The notes under the pieces are model-generated. The model was given only the letters and a program-made list of their open reading frames with translations. It searched no databases and was not told the DNA's origin. A stretch of DNA of 64,000 bases from Macrostomum hystrix (lineage: Eukaryota > Animalia > Platyhelminthes): contig CATNEN010000038.1 of NCBI GenBank assembly GCA_950097015.1, positions 24,242,001 to 24,306,000 on the forward strand, given 5' to 3'. A program made the position numbers and the translations under genes. Numbering within the stretch: the first letter of the stretch is position 1; every line of letters begins with the position of its first letter. This document shows, one piece after another, positions 48,720 to 59,379 of this stretch.

Positions 48720-50100
48720 GGGGTTGTAGCCTGGGGGTTGTAGCCTAGTGGGTTTGTAGACAAGTGGGGGTTGTAGCCTAGTGGGGTTGTAGCGTAGTGG
48801 GGTTGTAGCGTAGTGGGGTTGTAGACAAGTGGGGGTTGTAGCCTAGTGGGGGTTGTAGCCTTGTAGGGGTTGTGTGGTTGTAGCCTAGTGGGGTAGGAGG
48901 TTGTAGCCTAGTAGGGGGTTGTGGGGTTGTAGCCTTGTAGGGGTTGTGTGGTTGTAGCCTAGTGGGGTAGGAGGTTGTAGCCTAGTAGGGGGTTGTAGGG
49001 TTGTAGCCTTGTAGGGGTTGTGTGGTTGTAGCCTAGTGGGGTAGGAGGTTGTAGCCTAGTAGGGGGTTGTGGGGTTGTAGCCTAGTAGGGGGTTGTGGGG
49101 TTGTAGCCTTGTAGGGGTTGTGTGGTTGTAGCCTAGCGGGGGTTGTAGCCTAGTGGGGGTTGTAGCCTAGCGGGGGTTGTAGCCTAGTGGGGGTTGTAGC
49201 CTAGCGGGGGTTGTAGCCTAGTGGGGGTTGTAGCCTAGTGGGGGTTGTAGCCTAGTGGGGGTTGTAGCCTAGTGGGGGTTGTAGCCTAGTGGGGGTTGTA
49301 GCCTAGTGGGGGTTGTAGCCTAGTGGGGGTTGTAGCCTAGTGGGGGTTGTAGCCTAGTGGGGGTTGTAGCCTAGTGGGGGTTGTAGCCTAGTGGGGGTTG
49401 TAGCCTAGTGGGGGTTGTAGCCTAGTGGGGGTTGTAGCCTAGCGGGGGTTGTAGCCTAGTGGGGGTTGTAGCCTAGTGGGGGTTGTAGCCTAGTGGGGGT
49501 TGTAGCCTAGTGGGGGTTGTAGCCTAGTGGGGGTTGTAGCCTAGTGGGGGTTGTAGCCTAGTGGGGGTTGTAGCCTTGTAGGGGTTGTGGGGTTGTAGCG
49601 TAGGGGGAGTTGTAGCCTAGTGGGGTTGTAGCCTTGTAGAGGTTGTGGGGTTGTAGCGTAGGGGGAGTTGTAGCCTAGTAAGGGTTGTAGCCTAGTGGGG
49701 GTTGTAGCCTAGTGGGGGTTGTAGCCTTGTAGGGGTTGTGGGGTTGTAGCGTAGGGGGAGTGGTAGCCTAGTGGAGTTGTAGCCTTGTAGGGGTTGTGGG
49801 GTTGTAGCGTAGGGGGAGTTGTAGCCTAGTGGGGTTGTAGCCTTGTAGGGGTTGTGGGGTTGTAGCGTAGGGGGAGTGGTAGCCTAGTGGAGTTGTAGCC
49901 TTGTAGGGGTTGTGGGGTTGTAGCGTAGGGGGAGTTGTAGCCTAGTGGGGTTGTAGCCTTGTAGGGGTTGTGGGGTTGTAGCGTAGGGGGAGTTGTAGCC
50001 TAGTGGGGGTTGTAGCCTAGTGGGGGTTGTAGCCTAGTGGGGGTTGTAGCCTAGTGGGGGTTGTAGCCTTGTAGGGGTTGTGGGGTTGTAGCCTAGTGGG
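48720..50100 (+). repeat. 17-bp G-rich minisatellite GGGGGTTGTAGCCTAGT
   Basis: Direct reading; unit resembles the 5' end and A-box of the adjacent SINE. Confidence 0.96.
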
Positions 50101-50114
50101 CACCGGACTTACGA

Positions 50115-50272
50115 CTTGATTGTGTGATTCAGGGAGAACTGAAGCAATTCTGAGTTAAGTGTGCCTTATTAGTCTTATTAAAGGACACAAATTGTTCCAG
50201 TGGAGTCGGGAATCGAGCCCCGTACCTTTAAGTCGTAAATCTAACCCTTTAACCACTAAGGCTACAAACCCC
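50115..50272 (-). mobile_element. tRNA-derived SINE family B (CORE-like)
   Basis: Minus strand GGGGTTTGTAGCCTTAGTGGTTAAAG (A-box)...GGGGCTCGATTCC (B-box)...TGTGTCCTT...GGCACACTTAACTCAGAATTGCTTCAG. Confidence 0.72.
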
Positions 50273-50320
50273 TGCTTGCAGCATTACACAAAGATTCCCC
50301 TTCGTGCAGCGTTAACTTAC

Positions 50321-50761
50321 CACGTCTGGTAAGTCTGGTGTATCAGCCTTCTCATTGTGCATCTCGATAGTGAACTCTGGCGGCTCATCGCTGGCAGCGT
50401 ACACCCATCTGCTGTCGGCTTTGGTGCCGCCTGCGCGATGGCCCAGACCTCCGCGATATTCCAGCGTACTCAGGCCCAGGCGGTTCATCAGCGCCTGAAA
50501 TCGCTCCGGACTGTCCACTCCTTCAATGCCAGTCAGGTGAATAGCTCCAGACTGAACCAGTGTGCGCTGCAGTAGCGACATCCGTCCTCGGCTTCCTTCA
50601 GCAGCGGTAGCGTCAGCAATCAACGCCTCAGTCTCTTGAATCCCCAGTCGACGCGGTAAAGCGTTCTCCCTGCCGACCAGCGGCCTCGCCAGATACTGTG
50701 GGAAACTGGCTCGCAACGCGCCAACCACATCTGTCCTGCCACGGAGAATTACTCGCGCCAT
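50321..50761 (-). CDS. TauD/TfdA-family Fe(II)/2OG dioxygenase (SyrP/DdaC-like), exon 1; total ~354 aa
   Basis: GAIHLTG...VYAASDEPPEFTIEMHNE (HxE); donor GTG|gtaagt; ATG at 50761. Confidence 0.9.
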
Positions 50762-50833
50762 AATTTAATAGCGATGGCGGTCATTTACAAACTAATTAAT
50801 ATCGATAGTGTTAGTTCAGAAGCTTCTAAGCGC

Positions 50834-50841
50834 TATTTATA
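50834..50841 (-). promoter_or_regulatory. TATA-like box (TATAAATA) upstream of the dioxygenase
   Basis: ~75 nt upstream of the ATG. Confidence 0.35.
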
Positions 50842-51199
50842 AACAAATGCCAGGTATAATAATGCTCGAGTTCGTGTGTAATTGTGGCGCAACAGTGGCG
50901 CCGTTTGGTACGCGTACTTGTTTATGCACAATGCTACCTCGTGCGCGTGCTGTGTTAGAATGCCCTACAATCATAGATTGTATCTTCGCCTCTCGCTCTC
51001 TAGCTTTATCTTTCTCTCCAGCTTAGCAGAAAATCTTCCGATTTGTTTTTTTTAATTCGAGTTTTTGTTATAGCCAGACCGTGTCTTTTTATTATCTAAT
51101 CAAAAGCTTCGAACAAGACTAGACAAATTACCTTTTTGTTAGGAACTAGTGTAAGTCCCTAGTAGAAGTAAAAGTACAAGCAATTGACGACTTCTGAGA

Positions 51200-54100
51200 A
51201 AAAAGACAGATTCCAAGAACAAAAAGACAGATTCCTAGAACACACAGATTCCTAGAACACACAGATTCCTAGAACACACAGATTCCTAGAACACACAGAT
51301 TCCTAGAAAACACAGATTCCTAGAACACAAAGATTCCTAGAACACACAGATTTCTAGAACACACAGATTCCTAGAACACACAGATTCCTAGAACACACAG
51401 ATTCCTAGAACACACAGATTCCTAGAACACACAGATTCCTAGAACAAACGGATTCCTAGAACACACAGATTCCTAGAACACACGGATTCCTAGAACACAC
51501 AGATTCCTAGAACACACAGATTCCTAGAGCACACGGATTCCTAGAACACACAGATTCCTAGAACACAGATTCCTAGAACACACAGATTCCTAGAACACAC
51601 AGATTCCTAGAACACACAGATTCCTAGAACACACAGATTCCTAGAACACACAGATTCCTAGAACACACAGATTCCTAGAACACACAGATTCCTAGAACAC
51701 ACAGATTCCTAGAACAGACGGATTCCTAGAACACACAGATTCCTAGAACACACAGATTCCTAGAACACACAGATTCCTAGAACACACAGATTCCTAGAAC
51801 ACACGGATTCCTAGAACACACAGATTCCTAGAGCACACGGATTCCTAGAACACACAGATTCCTAGAACAGACAGATTCCTAGAACACACAGATTCCTAGA
51901 ACACACGGATTCCTAGAACACACAGATTCCAAGAACACACAGATTCCTAGAGCACACGGATTCCTAGAACACACAGATTCCTAGAACACAGATTCCTAGA
52001 ACACACAGATTCCTAGAACACACAGATTCCTAGAACACACAGATTCCTAGAACACACAGATTCCTAGAACAGACAGACTCCTAGAACACACAGATTCCTA
52101 GAACACACAGATTCCTAGAACACACAGATTCCTAGAACATACAGATTCCTAGAACACACAGATTCCTAGAGCACACGGATTCCTAGAACACACAGATTCC
52201 TAGAACAGACAGATTCCTAGAACACAGATTCCTAGAACACACAGATTCCTAGAACACACAGATTCCTAGAACAGACAGATTCCTAGAACACAGATTCCTA
52301 GAACAGACAGATTCCTAGAACACAGATTCCTAGAACACACAGATTCCTAGAACACACAGATTCCTAGAACACACAGATTCTTAGAACACACAGATTCCTA
52401 GAACAGACAGATTCCTAGAACACACAGATTCCTAGAACACACAGATTCCTAGAACAGGCAGATTCCTAGAACACACAGATTCCTAGAACACACAGATTCC
52501 TAGAACACACAGATTCCTAGAACACACAGATTCCTAGAACACACAGATTCCTAGAACACACAGATTCCTAGAACACACAGATTCCTAGAACAGGCAGATT
52601 CCTAGAACACACAGATTCCTAGAACACACAGATTCCTAGAACACACAGATTCCTAGAACACACAGATTCCTAGAACACACAGATTCCTAGAACACACAGA
52701 TTCCTAGAACAGACAGATTCCAAGAACAGACAGATTCCTAGAACACACAGATTCCTAGAACACACAGATTCCTAGAACAGACGGATTCCTAGAACACACA
52801 GATTCCTAGAACACACAGATTCCTAGAACACACAGATTCCTAGAACACACAGATTCCTAGAACACACAGATTCCTAGAACAAACGGATTCCTAGAACACA
52901 CAGATTCCTAGAACACACGGATTCCTAGAACACACAGATTCCTAGAACACACAGATTCCTAGAGCACACGGATTCCTAGAACACACAGATTCCTAGAACA
53001 CAGATTCCTAGAACACACAGATTCCTAGAACACACAGATTCCTAGAACACACAGATTCCTAGAACACACAGATTCCTAGAACACACAGATTCCTAGAACA
53101 CACAGATTCCTAGAACACACAGATTCCTAGAACACACAGATTCCTAGAACAGACGGATTCCTAGAACACACAGATTCCTAGAACACACAGATTCCTAGAA
53201 CACACAGATTCCTAGAACACACAGATTCCTAGAACACACGGATTCCTAGAACACACAGATTCCTAGAGCACACGGATTCCTAGAACACACAGATTCCTAG
53301 AACAGACAGATTCCTAGAACACACAGATTCCTAGAACACACGGATTCCTAGAACAAACAGATTCCAAGAACACACAGATTCCTAGAGCACACGGATTCCT
53401 AGAACACACAGATTCCTAGAACACAGATTCCTAGAACACACAGATTCCTAGAACACACAGATTCCTAGAACACACAGATTCCTAGAACACACAGATTCCT
53501 AGAACAGACAGACTCCTAGAACACACAGATTCCTAGAACACACAGATTCCTAGAACACACAGATTCCTAGAACATACAGATTCCTAGAACACACAGATTC
53601 CTAGAGCACACGGATTCCTAGAACACACAGATTCCTAGAACAGACAGATTCCTAGAACACAGATTCCTAGAACACACAGATTCCTAGAACACACAGATTC
53701 CTAGAACAGACAGATTCCTAGAACACAGATTCCTAGAACAGACAGATTCCTAGAACACAGATTCCTAGAACACACAGATTCCTAGAACACACAGATTCCT
53801 AGAACACACAGATTCTTAGAACACACAGATTCCTAGAACAGACAGATTCCTAGAACACACAGATTCCTAGAACACACAGATTCCTAGAACACACAGATTC
53901 CTAGAACACACAGATTCCTAGAACACACAGATTCCTAGAACACACAGATTCCTAGAACAGGCAGATTCCTAGAACACACAGATTCCTAGAACACACAGAT
54001 TCCTAGAACACACAGATTCCTAGAACACACAGATTCCTAGAACAGACAGATTCCTAGAACACACAGATTCCTAGAACACACAGATTCCTAAAACACACAG

Positions 54101-56720
54101 ATTCCTAGAACACACAGATTCCTAGAACACACAGATTCCTAGAACACACAGATTCCTAGAACACACAGATTCCTAGAACACACAGATTCCTAGAACAGGC
54201 AGATTCCTAGAACACACAGATTCCTAGAACACACAGATTCCTAGAACACACAGATTCCTAGAACACACAGATTGCTAGAACACACAGATTCCTAGAACAC
54301 ACAGATTCCTAGAACACACAGATTCCTAGAACACACGGATTCCTAGAACACACAGATTCCTAGAACACACAGATTCCTAGAGCACACGGATTCCTAGAAC
54401 ACACAGATTCCTAGAACAGACAGATTCCTAGAACACACAGATTCCTAGAACACACAGATTCCTAGAACACACAGATTCCTAGAACACACAGATTCCTAGA
54501 ACGCACAGATTCCTAGAACAGACAGATTCCTAGAACACACAGATTCCTAGAACACACAGATTCCTAGAACACACAGATTCCTAGAACAGGCAGATTCCTA
54601 GAACACACAGATTCCTAGAACAGACAGATTCCTAGAACACACAGATTCCTAGAACACACGGATTCCTAGAACACACAGATTCCTAGAACACACGGATTCC
54701 TAGAACAGACAGATTCCTAGAACAGGCAGATTCCTAGAACACACAGATTCCTAGAACAGACGGATTCCTAGAACAGACAGATTCCTAGAACACACAGATT
54801 CCTAGAACAGACGGATTCCTAGAACAGACGGATTCCTAGAACACACAGATTCCTAGAACACACAGATTCCTAGAACACACAGATTCCTAGAACACACAGA
54901 TTCCTAGAACACACAGATTCCTAGAACAGACGGATTCCTAGAACACACAGATTCCTAGAACACACGGATTCCTAGAACACACAGATTCCTAGAACACACA
55001 GATTCCTAGAGCACACGGATTCCTAGAACACACAGATTCCTAGAACACAGATTCCTAGAACACACAGATTCCTAGAACACAGATTCCTAGAACACACAGA
55101 TTCCTAGAACACACAGATTCCTAGAACACACAGATTCCTAGAACACACAGATTCCTAGAACACACAGATTCCTAGAACACACATATTCCTAGAACACACA
55201 GATTCCTAGAACACACAGATTCCTAGAACAGACGGATTCCTAGAACACACAGATTCCTAGAACACACAGATTCCTAGAACACACAGATTCCTAGAACACA
55301 CAGATTCCTAGAACACACAGATTCCTAGAACACACAGATTCCTAGAGCACACGGATTCTTAGAACACACAGATTCCTAGAACAGACAGATTCCTAGAACA
55401 CAGATTCCTAGAACACACAGATTCCTAGAACAGATAGATTCCTAGAACACAGATTCCTAGAACACACAGATTCCTAGAACAGACGGATTCCTAGAACACA
55501 CAGATTCCTAGAACACACGGATTCCTAGAACACACAGATTCCTAGAACACACAGATTCCTAGAGCACACGGATTCCTAGAACACACCGATTCCTAGAACA
55601 GACAGATTCCTAGAACACAGATTCCTAGAACACACAGATTCCTAGAACAGGCAGATTCCTAGAACAGGCAGATTCCTAGAACAGACAGATTCCTAGAACA
55701 CAGATTCCTAGAACAGACAGATTCCTAGAACACAGATTCCTAGAACACACAGATTCCTAGAACACACAGATTCCTAGAACACACAGATTCCTAGAACACA
55801 CAGATTCCTAGAACAGACGGATTCCTAGAACACACAGATTCCTAGAACACACGGATTCCTAGAACACACAGATTCCTAGAACACACAGATTCCTAGAGCA
55901 CACGGATTCCTAGAACACACAGATTCCTAGAACAGACAGATTCCTAGAACACAGATTCCTAGAACACACAGATTCCTAGAACAGGCAGATTCCTAGAACA
56001 CACAGATTCCTAGAACAGACAGATTTCTAGAACACAGATTCCTAGAACAGACAGATTCCTAGAACACAGATTCCTAGAACACACAGATTCCTAGAACACA
56101 CAGATTCCTAGAACACACAGATTCCTAGAACACACAGATTTCTAGAACAGACGGATTCCTAGAACACACAGATTCCTAGAACACACGGATTCCTAGAACA
56201 CACAGATTCCTAGAACACACAGATTCCTAGAGCACACGGATTCCTAGAACACACAGATTCCTAGAACAGACAGATTCCTAGAACACAGATTCCTAGAACA
56301 CACAGATTCCTAGAACAGGCAGATTCCTAGAACACACAGATTCCTAGAACAGACAGATTTCTAGAACACAGATTCCTAGAACAGACAGATTCCTAGAACA
56401 CAGATTCCTAGAACACACAGATTCCTAGAACACACAGATTCCTAGAACACACAGATTCCTAGAACACACAGATTCCTAGAACAGACGGATTCCTAGAACA
56501 CACAGATTCCTAGAACACACGGATTCCTAGAACACACAGATTCCTAGAACACACAGATTCCTAGAGCACACGGATTCCTAGAACACACAGATTCCTAGAA
56601 CAGACAGATTCCTAGAACACAGATTCCTAGAACACACAGATTCCTAGAACAGGCAGATTCCTAGAACACACAGATTCCTAGAACAGACAGATTCCTAGAA
56701 CACAGATTCCTAGAACAGAT
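51200..56720. repeat. 17-bp minisatellite CACACAGATTCCTAGAA, ~5.5 kb (>300 units), intergenic
   Basis: Direct reading. Confidence 0.98.
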
Positions 56721-56785
56721 TGTAAAGTTAACTTGCAAAACGCAGCAAAAGTTTTATTAAAGAGAGTCACCCGTTTTCTCTGCTT

Positions 56786-57124
56786 TTAGGTTCGTATCCT
56801 TATGAGATTGCGCAATCGAACAGATGTTAAAATGCCGCCGGCTTCAACAAGCGACAACACGAGAGCCGAAGCCCCTAAAGTTTTTATAATCCAATCGAAT
56901 TGCTCGCGAATGGGCTTCAAACACGATAATTGGCACGGGCATTTCGATTGAACCACACTGGCTGGTGTTGATAGCGCTGTTACCATGGTGACATTTTCAG
57001 AGCAGCAGCGGTGACTGCTGGCGACTCTATGGGAGCTGCAGCAGGGCAATCTGGAGCATGGCGGATGCCCCAGAGGCTCAAGGACGTCATCGGCGTGGCG
57101 CAGACCGCAACAATTGAATATAAT
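56786..57124 (-). CDS. Tetraspanin-13/31-like, exon 2 (EC2 with CCG motif, TM4)
   Basis: ctgcag|ATT ATA TTC AAT TGT TGC GGT; Cys-rich loop then TM4; minus-strand AATAAA at 56758-56753. Confidence 0.88.
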   Translation of the reverse strand: MIFNCCGLRHADDVLEPLGHPPCSRLPCCSSHRVASSHRCCSENVTMVTALSTPASVVQSKCPCQLSCLKPIREQFDWIIKTLGASALVLSLVEAGGILTSVRLRNLIRIRT

Positions 57125-57539
57125 CTGCAGTAGTCGAATTATTATTATTAATAATAATATTATTATTATTGAGGTGCGCACGCGGATTGGGTGCTGATTT
57201 TTTTGTTATTTTATGTTTGAGGTTGAACAATTCGATTTAAACAAAAGAAGGCGATAGGAAGACAGTGGCATGCATAAGATTAATTTTAGGTGAATAAAAT
57301 ATTTGAAAAAAAAACAATTTTTTGAAATAAACAAGGCATTAAAACAAAAAATAAAATATTGAAATTTAAAGAGAAAATTTTAAACTGACCGAAAGGAGTA
57401 TAGCTATTGTGTTTTTGCATTCTAACTATGGGCCTCAGGGCAGTGGCTTTTTATCTAGCTTTAGTTATGCTTTCTATGAAGTCCACAAAACTGTCTGTTA
57501 ATTCTGTGCTTTCCTGTGTCATTAAATACACAATTTTGT

Positions 57540-57860
57540 CATCAGCTGTTCGGCTTTCGAAATTTCGACTCTACCTCGACTCTACATTTTGGACATGTTC
57601 TGCTTTCATAGGCGATTTTCGGTCTTACAGTGCGCAATGTCTCACAGGCCAGTTTGTGATTTCCTAGACGAAATCGGGACATTGTGCGCCTTTGTTCTGG
57701 GTTAGAGATTTTTGTTAGGTACTTTTCTCGGGAGAAATCTTTCTTAAACGTGTAATTAGAAGTGGCTGAGCTTGGCTGATTTTCCCATCCTCTGAGTCCA
57801 GTGCCTTCGAAACTCTGCTCTGACTCAAAGTTCTCCCTGTGCGTTTTGATGGACATTTGT
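57540..57860 (-). mobile_element. Degenerate non-LTR retrotransposon ORF2 C-terminal fragment
   Basis: EKYL..ISNPEQRRTMSRFRLGNHKLACET...RTCPKC..VES resembles the LINE ORF2 C-terminal Cys region. Confidence 0.7.
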
Positions 57861-58179
57861 TTTTCTAGTCTGTTGACAATTCCGCATTACTTCACTATTC
57901 ATTTTTCCCCAATGCCAACATCGCTGTATTCTGTATCTGCCACCAATCTGCCATTTTTTTACTCTGGCATTTTTACTCTGTCGAGGGCGGCTGCAGTCTC
58001 GCAATGTCTGTTAAGTTTTCAATGTACTTTGCTAGCTTTCCTGTTACCTCTCAGCATTAAAAATGCTTTTGTCTTCTACTGTGAGACTACTATCGGTTAT
58101 CGCTCTTTACTATCGGTGAAATGTATCCAGCGAAATTTTCCCTGACCACCTTATAAGGATCACTTATAAGTTGCAGCGG

Positions 58180-58480
58180 AAAAGAAAATGTACTTCATTT
58201 TCAACCCCGACTTTGCACTTCGGGGCGAATTCTGTTTTCATAAGGGATTTTCGGGCGAACAGAACGCATCGTTTCGCAGGCCAGTCTGTGATTTCCTAAA
58301 CGAAAATTTCACAGTATGCGCCTGTGTTCCGGGTTTAGAAACATTTGATAGACATTTTTTCACGCCAGAATTAAATCTCTATCGAAACTGTTGTAGAAAT
58401 GACTGAGTTTTTCAGAATTTCGCACCCTCTGTCTCCAGTGTCCCAGTAAATTGCATTGAAAGTTTTCCCTGTGAATTTTA
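58180..58480 (-). mobile_element. Second degenerate copy of the same LINE C-terminal fragment
   Basis: NPEHRRIL*NFRLGNHRLACETMRSVRPKIPYENR with stops and frameshifts. Confidence 0.68.
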
Positions 58481-59001
58481 ACTGAATTTGTCTTTGAGCT
58501 CAGATTGTATACTTATAGTAGAAATTAACGAATATGTCACGCTTATATCTCGCGCGTTAATAAAAATGTGAGACAACTTTCAGACATCGGCATCGGCGAG
58601 ATATTCAACTGTGTACAAAATTTTGTCATGGAGCCAAAATGAGCCAAAACCAGTCTGATGTCAATCAGTCGCAGGAACCTTGCTTGGGATGCTAAAAACA
58701 ATGGTCCAAACGATTAGATAGACTCAAGACTATCGACCGCATGTTTTTGCATCGACCCGGCCCCCTAGAAATGCTTAAACGGAAGCTTCTTGAAGAAACA
58801 CCCGGTGCTTCTTGATCTTCTACGTTTAGCGCCACGGTTAAATCGAATATCCGAAGTCTATGTTTCCGCTACAACCAACCTCTTATATATTTTTCTGACA
58901 AACAGCAGTAAGCTTTTCACAGTTCTCACCAACTGTGATGAGCGAGAATAGAGAGAAATATATACTAGACTGTAAAAAAGACTTTTTTATCACGAATTCA
59001 C

Positions 59002-59379
59002 CTGCGCGTCCGACCGTTTAGCCTGACTTGCTCGACTCCAACCAGCCTCAATGATAGTGTCCTGCTGGTCGACGCTTGTTGACAAACACGCAGACGAGAC
59101 TGAGAACTGGATTAAGCAAAGCGGCAGCAGGCACAGCAGGTACAATGACAGCATGGTGTGATTCTTTGTCCATGCGCTAATGAAACCGTGAATCGAGAAC
59201 GCAATCAAACTGGACATGCAGCCGTTTAGAGGGTGCAGCATTGCCACTTGGGCCACCACCGGAGAGTCTATTGTGAACCAAATTGACAACTTTATGGCTA
59301 TACTAGACGAGAGTAAAAGTACATTTGATGCCAATACAATTCGTCTGGCTGTCTTCGAATCGCGAAGGCAGTATATCAT
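59002..59379 (-). CDS. Tetraspanin-13/31-like, exon 1 (TM1-3); total ~238 aa
   Basis: Three hydrophobic segments; QFSVSSACL...QQDTIIEAGW is typical of TSPAN13/31; donor CAG|gtgaat, phase 0. Confidence 0.87.

Noticed and set aside
50200-50272. Functional tRNA genes (also 13590-13650 and 508-545)
   Set aside because: No complete cloverleaf or acceptor stem; flanked by SINE body or truncated
51200-56720. CRISPR-like appearance of the regular arrays
   Set aside because: Head-to-tail units with no unique spacers, no cas genes and a eukaryotic context
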